Shown piece after piece: positions 39,623 to 47,542 of a DNA stretch of 64,000 bases. Each line of letters opens with the position of its first letter. The first letter of the stretch is position 1. The notes beneath the pieces are model-generated. The model ran no database searches and was not told the origin of the DNA. It saw only the letters and a list, made by a program, of their open reading frames with translations. Source of the stretch: a virus (taxonomy: Duplodnaviria > Caudoviricetes). The stretch is taken from positions 1,519 to 65,518 of the IMG/VR virus record IMGVR_UViG_2675903041_000001, one strand, 5' to 3'. A program made the translations under genes and the position numbers.

Positions 39623-40104
39623 TTGATTGTCCTTTCAATATGCTGGTTAATGATGTCGAGTATGTTTTCCCTGTCATCGGTGTCGATGCCCAGATACGGC
39701 CTGGCCGGGATCACCACCTTTTTGACGCGCCGCGCGCTGCCATCCGCCAACCGGAAAAACAGGCTTTGCGCCGACCGGGGCCGGATCTCTCCGCCAAACT
39801 GATGGATAGCGGCGTAAATTTTATTGCTGCCCCATTCTGCGGCCGCGCTGTCTGCCCGGCTCACGATCGAATCGAGCAAATGCCGGTCCTGCACCAGCGT
39901 CTTGCCGCCATGCAGCCGGGCGCGCAGGCTCGGTTGCCAGGGCTGCCGGTCTGGCCCGGCCTGTTCCTGGAAGCGCCGACGGGTCGCGTTTTCGCCGTAG
40001 AACGCAATCGCGCCCAACATGCGCGCCGGGTTGCTTCCCAGCGCCATCAGCCTGCTCAGCGCATCCTGCAACTGCCGGTCGTCCACTTCCAGGCGTATGC
40101 GCAT
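39619..40104 (-). CDS. Virion morphogenesis protein (Mu gpG-like)
   Basis: RRFQEQAGPD..WQP, YAAIHQFGG, IPARPYLGI. Confidence 0.9.
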   Translation of the reverse strand: MRIRLEVDDRQLQDALSRLMALGSNPARMLGAIAFYGENATRRRFQEQAGPDRQPWQPSLRARLHGGKTLVQDRHLLDSIVSRADSAAAEWGSNKIYAAIHQFGGEIRPRSAQSLFFRLADGSARRVKKVVIPARPYLGIDTDDRENILDIINQHIERTIK

Positions 40105-40529
40105 CAGATAAACCCTTGCGAATCCCCGCGCTTGAACGCGGGCGAGGTGGCCGTCATCTGCGCGCCATTGTTGGAGCTTTGCATGCTGCTGCTGTCGATC
40201 ACGCCCAGCTTGGCCCGGCCTGCGGCCACGTCGCGCAACAGCGCGATGGCGGCCTGGTAGCGTTTCTCCACGATTTCTATCATCCGGTCTTCATACAGCG
40301 CATAGCGGGCCAGATCGCACGCGATCCGCTCCAGCTCGATCGGCAGGGGGGCTGCCAGCGGCAGCGTATAGCGCACCGAGAGATAGCCGTTGATCTGTGC
40401 ATCGGCATCGGTCAATGCCCGTTCGATGACTGCCTGGTTGACCTCCCCCAGCCGCTCCCGGTCGGTCAGCTGAATCAGCTCGTTTTCGCCAAAGCGATCG
40501 ATCAGGTTTTGCAGGCTGGCGTAGGTCAT
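40104..40529 (-). CDS. Head-tail connector (Mu gp36/DUF1320)
   Basis: MTYAS, INGYL..RY.LPL, ACDLARY. Confidence 0.88.
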   Translation of the reverse strand: MTYASLQNLIDRFGENELIQLTDRERLGEVNQAVIERALTDADAQINGYLSVRYTLPLAAPLPIELERIACDLARYALYEDRMIEIVEKRYQAAIALLRDVAAGRAKLGVIDSSSMQSSNNGAQMTATSPAFKRGDSQGFI

Positions 40530-40747
40530 TGGTCGTCAGCGCCGCATTCATCCACGGCCAGCATGGGCTCATGCCGGAGCTGCGCAATCTGCTCTGCGGT
40601 CAAATCAGCCAGCGCAATCATGCGAGGCCGCGGGCCGAAGGTGTAGCCCGCGCGGCGGAAGCGGCCGCCGAAAGTTCTGACGCGCAAGGCGCGGCCCTTC
40701 TCCTGGGGCGCTGCCGGTTCGGTTGTCTTGTCTGTCGCTCTTGCCAT
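40526..40747 (-). CDS. Small Mu-like head-associated protein
   Basis: FRRAG..F, L...EPML motif downstream of the capsid gene. Confidence 0.7.
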   Translation of the reverse strand: MARATDKTTEPAAPQEKGRALRVRTFGGRFRRAGYTFGPRPRMIALADLTAEQIAQLRHEPMLAVDECGADDQ

Positions 40748-40820
40748 GTTGTCTCCTGTTACCCCTGACGAAATGCATTGGCTTCAGACGGAGCGAGAGC
40801 TACCCGCTCCGCCATCAGGA

Positions 40821-41873
40821 TTAGCCCGCGCCGGTCGAACCCAGCGCCAGCTGCCAGAAGCCATAGCCGCCTGCGGCTCTCGCTTCCGCGCCAAACTTGA
40901 ACTTCTTGCGCATGAAGACATCATCGTTTTCCTGCCCGGTTTGCTCGACGAACACCGGCGCCTTGCGTTCCTGGTAGATGAACGGCTTGACCGGTTTGGT
41001 GGTATCGAGCAGGAACCAGGCGGTATCAGAAGTCAGGCGCGCATCGACCACCACTTCTGCCGTGCCCTTGAACAGATTGGCCTTGCCATCGTCCAGCCGG
41101 TCGTTGTTGACCAGGGCGAGCGCGACATGCTCCAGCGCGGGCGGCACCAGCAACACATTCGGATTGATGTTGAGCGGGCGGCCTTCGTCGTCCTTGAACT
41201 TGCGCATGGCCGTGCGTGCCGCGCCATAGCTGGCGATGGCCGCCGCCTGGCTGGCCGCGCTCAGGGCCACGGTCAACTTGTTGGACACATTCGCGCCCGC
41301 CACCAGGTGGTCGGTATCGAAGAAATACTGCCCATCGAAACACAGGGACGTGAACCCGCCGTTGACCAGCGCCATCACAATCTCGTCCGGCAGCTGGGCG
41401 GCCGATTCCCCCGCCATCTGCGCCTGCGGGCCGTAGATCCCGAGTTGATCGTCTTCGATATCGTTGCGGTCCACCTCGATGGTGGCCTCCCAGTCCTTGT
41501 TCGGGATGGTGTAGGCAAACGCTTCCAGCGACTTGATATGCTTGTCGCCGATCCATTCCTTCATGCGCGGGAATTTCGACAACCAGGCATAATCGTTCTG
41601 GCGGGTCGTCGAGGAAATGCGCATGCCGATTTTCGGCCAGACCGTCGGCGCTGCGCCAAAGGCGTTGTTGAAGGTCGTTTTGAGGCTGACAAAAACATTG
41701 TCAATGGTCTGCTTGTTGACCAACAGGCCGGCGAAGCCAACAAAGCTCAGCGGCTCCACACCCTCTGCCATCAATCCAAGCCCCTCCACCGGCGCTGCCA
41801 GCACAGCGAATGCACCCAGCACCATCACCGCCAGCATAAAAAGGCCAAGGGCAAATTTTGTCAATTTCTTCAT
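40821..41873 (-). CDS. Major capsid protein (Mu gpT family) with hydrophobic N-terminal extension
   Basis: YAWLSKFPRMKEWIG, NDIEDD, CFDGQYFFDTDH, GYGFWQLA. Confidence 0.92.
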   Translation of the reverse strand: MKKLTKFALGLFMLAVMVLGAFAVLAAPVEGLGLMAEGVEPLSFVGFAGLLVNKQTIDNVFVSLKTTFNNAFGAAPTVWPKIGMRISSTTRQNDYAWLSKFPRMKEWIGDKHIKSLEAFAYTIPNKDWEATIEVDRNDIEDDQLGIYGPQAQMAGESAAQLPDEIVMALVNGGFTSLCFDGQYFFDTDHLVAGANVSNKLTVALSAASQAAAIASYGAARTAMRKFKDDEGRPLNINPNVLLVPPALEHVALALVNNDRLDDGKANLFKGTAEVVVDARLTSDTAWFLLDTTKPVKPFIYQERKAPVFVEQTGQENDDVFMRKKFKFGAEARAAGGYGFWQLALGSTGAG

Positions 41874-41909
41874 AGAATCTCCTGATTGATATTTCTGGTT
41901 TATCCGGGT

Positions 41910-42311
41910 TTACTCGACCCAAACGCCGTCGGCCTCGATGCCGATCACCTTGCCCGCCACCGAGCGGGTGCTGGTGCCGCTGGTCTTGGCAACCGTCTCG
42001 TCATCGACGATGTAACAGTTCTTGCCCAGATCGGCCTGCACCACGGCATCCGCGCCATGGTTCTTCCACTTGAACGCCTTCTTGCGCCGGACGTTGACAG
42101 TCTGCGCGCCATTTGCGCCCCCGCTGTTATCCACTCGCTCCTCGGCGCGGCCCAGATAGGTGAGCGTGGTCGCCACGGCACCAGGCGTGGCAAAGCCGGA
42201 GGCATTGAGCGCGACCAGCGCGCCGGCGTGGATCGTGACGCTGGTTGCAACCGGTACATTGACCAGTTCGCCATCCTGCATCGGGGTATTGCGGTCTGCT
42301 GATAAAGCCAT
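41910..42311 (-). CDS. Head decoration / cement protein (putative)
   Basis: MALSADRNT, YIVDDETV, GVWVE; between protease and capsid genes. Confidence 0.7.
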   Translation of the reverse strand: MALSADRNTPMQDGELVNVPVATSVTIHAGALVALNASGFATPGAVATTLTYLGRAEERVDNSGGANGAQTVNVRRKKAFKWKNHGADAVVQADLGKNCYIVDDETVAKTSGTSTRSVAGKVIGIEADGVWVE

Positions 42312-42342
42312 GTTTTCTCCTGGATAGTTGAGTCAGACGGAA

Positions 42343-43449
42343 TCAGTCGGACGGGCGCAGGTTTTTGCGGAAATCTTCCGGGCTGATATTCATGACGCGG
42401 CACAGGGTCAGCTGCTCATCCGTCAACGGCTCGCCCTCGCCACCGCCTGCGGGCGGTTTGCCGCCGGTCTGGTTGCCGCTCAGAGCAGCAATCGGTTGAC
42501 TGGCTTCCAGGTAGGCCGTGAGCGAAGCCAGATCCTTCTTGCCCAGGTCGCGCGCCCAGTTTTCCTGCACTGGTAGCAATCGGCCTTCGGCCAGCGCGCT
42601 TTCCACCACCTCGTTCACCGTTCGCTCGCTTTGCTCGGCTTTCAGGCTGGCCAGCTCGCCTTGCAGCGCTTGCATGGCAGCCACCGGCACAAACCTGGCC
42701 GGGTCCGGATTGTCCGCAACCGCCCGCAATGTGGTAATTTGCGCGTTCAGGCCGTTGACCAGCGCCACCAGATGGAAATCCGCGCGGCTGGCAACAGCTG
42801 GCGCACTGGCCTTGAGCTGATCGATGGCCTTTTGCAGCTCGGCCACCACTTCCTCGGTCGTCGCCGTCACCGGCAAATTGAGCAGCCAGCGCAGCTGCTC
42901 CAGCAGTTCATTCATAGTGAGACTCTCCTTGTCGGGATATAGAAGATTGATCTGGGATGCCGCGACGGCATCCATGCCATCGAGCGCCGGGTTATTGGTC
43001 AGCGCTGCGTTCAGCAGGCGCTTGACCGCGCCGGTCTGTTTGTCATAGGTAAAAACGGGGGAGATGTAGCGGTATTCCCCGCTCTCTATCATCTGGCTGG
43101 CGCGTGCGGTCCATTCGACATCGATTGCATACAGGCCCGAGTCGCGCCATTCGATCTGACTGAACCAGGCTGCCGCCGGCGCGGGCTGGCCGTTCTGTGC
43201 AGTGAGCAGCGTCTGGTGCTCGTAATCGACTACGGTGCGGTTCTTGCGCGTCAGGAATTCATCAATGATTCTGGCCGCGCGCTCGGCGTCGATCTGCCAG
43301 TGCGGCACATCATGCGGGCGGCCATCGGTAGCACGGAATTGCCCGGCCGGCAGCAATTGAATTTCATTGGCGGCCGTGACGCTGATCGCGCAGGCGGCAA
43401 TGCCAACTGCTGCGGCGGGCTGATTCTGAAAGAAGTGTTTTCGATCCAT
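42343..43449 (-). CDS. Prohead protease/scaffold (Mu gpI)
   Basis: VDYEHQT, APAAAW, EYRYISPVF, ALTNNPAL. Confidence 0.92.
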   Translation of the reverse strand: MDRKHFFQNQPAAAVGIAACAISVTAANEIQLLPAGQFRATDGRPHDVPHWQIDAERAARIIDEFLTRKNRTVVDYEHQTLLTAQNGQPAPAAAWFSQIEWRDSGLYAIDVEWTARASQMIESGEYRYISPVFTYDKQTGAVKRLLNAALTNNPALDGMDAVAASQINLLYPDKESLTMNELLEQLRWLLNLPVTATTEEVVAELQKAIDQLKASAPAVASRADFHLVALVNGLNAQITTLRAVADNPDPARFVPVAAMQALQGELASLKAEQSERTVNEVVESALAEGRLLPVQENWARDLGKKDLASLTAYLEASQPIAALSGNQTGGKPPAGGGEGEPLTDEQLTLCRVMNISPEDFRKNLRPSD

Positions 43450-43556
43450 GCCGCCATGTTAATGACGGCAGGCAGGCGGGTTAAGGAAGCGTTAAATCCT
43501 CCTTATTCAATGACTTATGTAAAAAACATGCTATCATTGCAAGACAGTATCAAGCA

Positions 43557-43847
43557 ATGACCGATGATCAGACGCAGGAGACCCCAATGAATGAAACGTT
43601 GACCCGCAATGGGCTGACAACCGGCCAACAAAACGCCCGCAATGCCGCCAAGGCCAAGCGCAGCCCGCTGGAGCGCGCGCGCGACAACCCGAGATCGGTC
43701 AAACTGGCCGTGGCGGCATATTGCTATCACACCTGCAAGGCACAGACCGCCAGCAACTCGCACCTCACCAAACGCGCGATCAAAAATTGCGAAAAAACCG
43801 ACTGTCCTTTATGGCCGCATCGCGGCTTCCAAACCCCTGCAAAATGA
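43557..43847 (+). CDS. Small basic Cys/His-rich accessory protein, opposite strand
   Basis: CYHTC and CEKTDCPLWPHR; only plus-strand gene inside the late region; second ATG with RBS at 43587. Confidence 0.65.
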   Translation: MTDDQTQETPMNETLTRNGLTTGQQNARNAAKAKRSPLERARDNPRSVKLAVAAYCYHTCKAQTASNSHLTKRAIKNCEKTDCPLWPHRGFQTPAK

Positions 43848-44034
43848 CCCGTTTTTCGGGTATTTCCAAAAAACGGGATACAACCCGATCAAACCCCCAT
43901 TTTTTGGGGTAATTTAACGGCGGTTAACGTGCGTTAATCGACCGTTAAAAACTCCTAAAATTTTCTAGCAATACCTTGGTACCAAAAAATAAAAATAATC
44001 GCTTAAATCGAATTCTGATGCGTTTTAACGTTTC

Positions 44035-44063
44035 TTGTTTTTTTGGCCCTCAGGGCCTACAAT
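44035..44063 (+). promoter_or_regulatory. sigma70-like promoter for the structured RNA
   Basis: TTGTTT (44035-40), 17 nt, TACAAT (44058-63); predicted start ~44070. Confidence 0.55.
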
Positions 44064-44070
44064 TTACCCA

Positions 44071-44175
44071 TGCGGGTGTGACACGGTGAAACTCCCCCGG
44101 CCGTAGCACGGCAGCGATGCCGGCGCATCATGTGGGGTTGCCGGGAAACCGGAATGGGGGGCCCCACCACCCGCA
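44071..44175 (+). ncRNA. Putative structured ncRNA convergent with muF
   Basis: 8-bp closing stem, two GNRA-capped hairpins, 7-bp internal stem and possible pseudoknot (see findings). Confidence 0.6.
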
Positions 44176-44184
44176 CACTCATCC

Positions 44185-45354
44185 TCACTCAGCTTTTTTC
44201 AGCAGCCTTCTGATTTCTTCATTGCGCTTCACCTCGTTCGCAGACAGACGCCGGAAGCTGGTCATGAATATGACACGCCCTGTTTTGGTCGCTTTCACCA
44301 CGGTCACATAACCATCCTGTTCCAGGATATAGATCATGCTCCGGCTGGTATCCTGAATCTGCTTGCCGTTCTCGATGGCGCTTTGCACAAAACCGTATTC
44401 TTCCGCCGTAATTTCTGGATGCACGGCTTGTTGCTTTTTCATGGTCTCGGCAGAGATGCGCACGGTATGCGTCTTGGCACCCATCGCGGCAGCATCCCGA
44501 TCCCGCAGCACGCCGATCGGAAACACGCCTTCAGGCTGATCATGGAATTTCCCGAACTCACCGCTTGATACCAGGCTCCGGATCATGCCCGCAGCCAGCG
44601 TCTCATCCGCTGCATCCAGCTTGTCGGCGACGAATGCATTCAGGTTCTCGCGCCGACCGCCCGGCGGATAGTTGAAGGACGGATCGACCCCTCTTGGAAT
44701 CTGCTGCACTTCGCCGGTGCGCTTGTTGACGTAGGTATAGGTTTCTTCCTGCGGGGCGCGGTCCACCGTCAGCCCTCTTTGCGCCAGCATGCGGTCGGTC
44801 AGGGCAATCACCCCGCATTTGCAGTTATAGGCTTTGACCGGATAATGCGCTGCCCAGAAAGGATCATCCACCGGCAACACCAGGCCATCCCACGCCGAAT
44901 GCTCCAGCCTGGGGTGTTCGCTGTTGTTGGCGTCGTACATCAGATAGGGGAAAGCTTCCTTGTGATCCTGGATGCGGGCCCACTGGCCCTCGGAATGCGC
45001 TGTGCGCAGGTTGGTATCGAAGATCAGCTTCAATCGTCTGGGGCTGCCCAGCTCGACTTCCCGGACTTCGCCGGTTTGCGGGTCTGCCATTTCGGCGCGC
45101 CCCCACCAGCCCTTTTCCATCAGCAGCGGGCTAAGGTGGCTTCGGAACTGTTCAAAAGGGGTGCCCTCGGCCAGGGCATTATCGACCGCTGCCCGGATAT
45201 CGCGCAGGATATCGAGCTGCATGGCCTTGGCCACGGTAAAGGCTGCCTGGTGTTCCTGCTGCCAGACATCCTGCCAGCTGAATCCGATCCGGTAGCCTTT
45301 CTGGCGGAAATAGGCAATTGCGTCCTCGGGCGGCAGGCGCTTGAATTCAAACAT
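44185..45354 (-). CDS. MuF (gpF) minor head protein with C-terminal putative BECR-type (PBECR-like) nuclease domain
   Basis: AFTVAK, RRLKLIFDTN, HPRLEHSAWDG, YNCKC; extension HPEITAEEY...VVKATKTG..FMTSFRR; start MFEFK at 45354. Confidence 0.85.
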   Translation of the reverse strand: MFEFKRLPPEDAIAYFRQKGYRIGFSWQDVWQQEHQAAFTVAKAMQLDILRDIRAAVDNALAEGTPFEQFRSHLSPLLMEKGWWGRAEMADPQTGEVREVELGSPRRLKLIFDTNLRTAHSEGQWARIQDHKEAFPYLMYDANNSEHPRLEHSAWDGLVLPVDDPFWAAHYPVKAYNCKCGVIALTDRMLAQRGLTVDRAPQEETYTYVNKRTGEVQQIPRGVDPSFNYPPGGRRENLNAFVADKLDAADETLAAGMIRSLVSSGEFGKFHDQPEGVFPIGVLRDRDAAAMGAKTHTVRISAETMKKQQAVHPEITAEEYGFVQSAIENGKQIQDTSRSMIYILEQDGYVTVVKATKTGRVIFMTSFRRLSANEVKRNEEIRRLLKKAE

Positions 45355-45661
45355 GCTCGGGTGTCCGTTGGAGAGGAATAAACCACCAACCGTGAAAGGG
45401 CTCACCGGGCCGGTGCAGTGGCTGACCCATCGGCAGGCGATGGTTCCCGGCACGCGCCACCAATATATAACCCACCCCCTGACGGGACAGGGCCGTGACG
45501 ATCTCGCGCAGGTCGGCCCGCGACAGCTGGCCATGAAACCCGGTCAGAATCGCCACATCGCCATGCAGCCATACATTGCCGACCGCGCGGTAATCCGGCT
45601 GGTCGGCGGGATCGCCATCGATCACGCGCAGCAGTTGGTGGCTCGGTTCCAGCCAGATCAT
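45347..45661 (-). CDS. Hypothetical accessory protein
   Basis: 104-aa ORF whose stop overlaps the muF start region. Confidence 0.55.
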   Translation of the reverse strand: MIWLEPSHQLLRVIDGDPADQPDYRAVGNVWLHGDVAILTGFHGQLSRADLREIVTALSRQGVGYILVARAGNHRLPMGQPLHRPGEPFHGWWFIPLQRTPEHV

Positions 45662-45669
45662 TCAGAAAA

Positions 45670-45695
45670 TGGCACCCTCACGCATGAGGGCACCA
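45670..45695. terminator. Stem-loop between the accessory genes
   Basis: TGGCACCCTCA-CGCA-TGAGGGCACCA, imperfect inverted repeat. Confidence 0.4.
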
Positions 45696-45705
45696 GTCAA
45701 ATGGG

Positions 45706-45945
45706 CTAGATAGACAGCGCCAGCATGGCGCCAGCCATCATCCCGATCAGAAACGGCGCGCCCACCATCAAGGGCACGATCAGATCCCGCTTGGCGATTT
45801 CCTCGGCGACAATCTGACCAGGCGTTCTCACGGACGCTTCCAGGTCGTACAGCTCTTCCTGGATATACTCGTTCACATCCGACAGCTTGTCTTCTATGGT
45901 GTCGCGCACCTGATCAAATCTGAAATTAATATTAGGCTCTGGCAT
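45706..45945 (-). CDS. Small acidic protein with C-terminal TM anchor
   Basis: RBS AAAGGAG, 79 aa, hydrophobic C-terminus. Confidence 0.65.
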   Translation of the reverse strand: MPEPNINFRFDQVRDTIEDKLSDVNEYIQEELYDLEASVRTPGQIVAEEIAKRDLIVPLMVGAPFLIGMMAGAMLALSI

Positions 45946-45973
45946 TGCTGCTCCTTTGTGGTTGATAAATCGT

Positions 45974-47542
45974 TCAATCGTCTGAGTCGTCTTGCTGATC
46001 GCGCACCCGGCCATAAATGGCGGCTGCGAATTGACCCTGGGCCAGCGCTTCCACCAGCGCATCGATACGCATCGCGCCAATCAGCTCCGGCAGCCTGCGC
46101 TGGAAATCCTCATAATCGGCTGCACTGGCAGCCAGCGCCATGATCGGGACGATCAATGGATCGGTCAGCTTTTCCCAGTCGCCGGCCAGCGCATCGCCGA
46201 ACAGGTCGAAGGCATCCGCGCCCGTCTGGCTGGCAGCCGCCACTGCCGTGGCCGATTCCAGCGCAGGCGGTGGCCCGGCCATGAATGGCTGGGGTGGCAG
46301 CAGAACCGGCTCGTCATTCTTTGGGGCAGGGATGGCCAGCTTGTCCATGACCCACGACACCGGAATCGGCATGCCGACATGGACCAGCTTGGGCAAGGCA
46401 TCCGAATAGATACCGATATCCTCCGGGGCCTTGAGATCGATCACGAACCGGGGCAGGCGGCGCATGTCCTCGACGGCCCCGATATTGAGCACCAGCAGCG
46501 GATAGACCAGATCGCGCGTCAAGGTGCCGCACAGCTGCAAGGTGTCGGAAACGGCCAGATCGTGCCGGACTTCGTTGTGCACGTTGCCCAGCGCGTGGGT
46601 GCTCGATTTGCCGTCTGCCTGGGTGGTCAGGGTACCGCCCAGGATGGCTTTGCTCTGGGTGCGCTCGCACCAGTCGAGCATCGCCTGGTAGGGCTCGTGG
46701 CTGCCCTTGGCGGCTTCCTTGAAATCGATATCCATCCCTTCTGGGATAATGCCGGCCGCGTCATGACCAATCTGCATCACGGCGCGCAGCAAGGTGTCCT
46801 TTTCATCGTCCCCGCTGCCGCTTGGATACGTGCCCAGGCGCAGCGGCAGGCCGTAGATTTCCAGAAACTCGGCCAGGTCGCGCACCGAATAATTCTTGAA
46901 CAGGTAGGGCCAGGCCAGCACACGATGCAGCCCGGCGCGAGACAGGTAGCCCGATTTGGCCTTGTGCACATGCACAATCCAGCCAAACGGCTGCAAGGGC
47001 GCGCCATCGAGCGACAGATCGCGCAAGCGGATTTGCGTGCGCGTGTCACGGTCGGTCATGAACCAGCTCTGCGGGCGGTGCTCGATCGCTTTGGGAATCC
47101 AGTCGCGACCGAGCCGCTGCCATTCTATTTCCAGACAGGCAAAACCATGCCCGATGCCATCCAGGCAATCGAGCATCACATCTTCCAGGTTGGGCACATC
47201 GCTCATCAGCTCCTTGAGCGCGGCGGCGGTTTTTTTCTCGCGCGCGGAAGGGTTGCGTGGCGGCTCAATGCTCCAGCTGCCCGTCAGCAGCGCACGCTTG
47301 CGCTTGCTCATCTCGGCGAAGATATGGCCGTCCTTTTCCTCCATATCGACAAACAGATCATGCTGGGCGCGGATGTCGCCCTGTTCGGCGGCATCCATGA
47401 CCCTGGCCAGCTTGGCCGGAGTCAATCCCCGGCTCGGGTGGCTGGCGTATTCGTGATGCAGATGCCGGATTTCGGCCGTCTGCGATGCCTTGAGCCGCCC
47501 GGTATCGATCGGGTTGCCATGCATATCCAACAGTTTTACCAT
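45974..47542 (-). CDS. Portal protein (Mu gp29/DUF935)
   Basis: GLTPAKL, FLEIYGLP.RLG.Y, KAILGGTLT, GNVHNEVR. Confidence 0.93.
   Translation of the reverse strand: MVKLLDMHGNPIDTGRLKASQTAEIRHLHHEYASHPSRGLTPAKLARVMDAAEQGDIRAQHDLFVDMEEKDGHIFAEMSKRKRALLTGSWSIEPPRNPSAREKKTAAALKELMSDVPNLEDVMLDCLDGIGHGFACLEIEWQRLGRDWIPKAIEHRPQSWFMTDRDTRTQIRLRDLSLDGAPLQPFGWIVHVHKAKSGYLSRAGLHRVLAWPYLFKNYSVRDLAEFLEIYGLPLRLGTYPSGSGDDEKDTLLRAVMQIGHDAAGIIPEGMDIDFKEAAKGSHEPYQAMLDWCERTQSKAILGGTLTTQADGKSSTHALGNVHNEVRHDLAVSDTLQLCGTLTRDLVYPLLVLNIGAVEDMRRLPRFVIDLKAPEDIGIYSDALPKLVHVGMPIPVSWVMDKLAIPAPKNDEPVLLPPQPFMAGPPPALESATAVAAASQTGADAFDLFGDALAGDWEKLTDPLIVPIMALAASAADYEDFQRRLPELIGAMRIDALVEALAQGQFAAAIYGRVRDQQDDSDD

Noticed and set aside
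44117-44311. 64-aa plus-strand ORF as MuF immunity protein
   Set aside because: No RBS, His/Pro-rich, starts inside the RNA stems and overlaps muF in antisense; not fully excluded.
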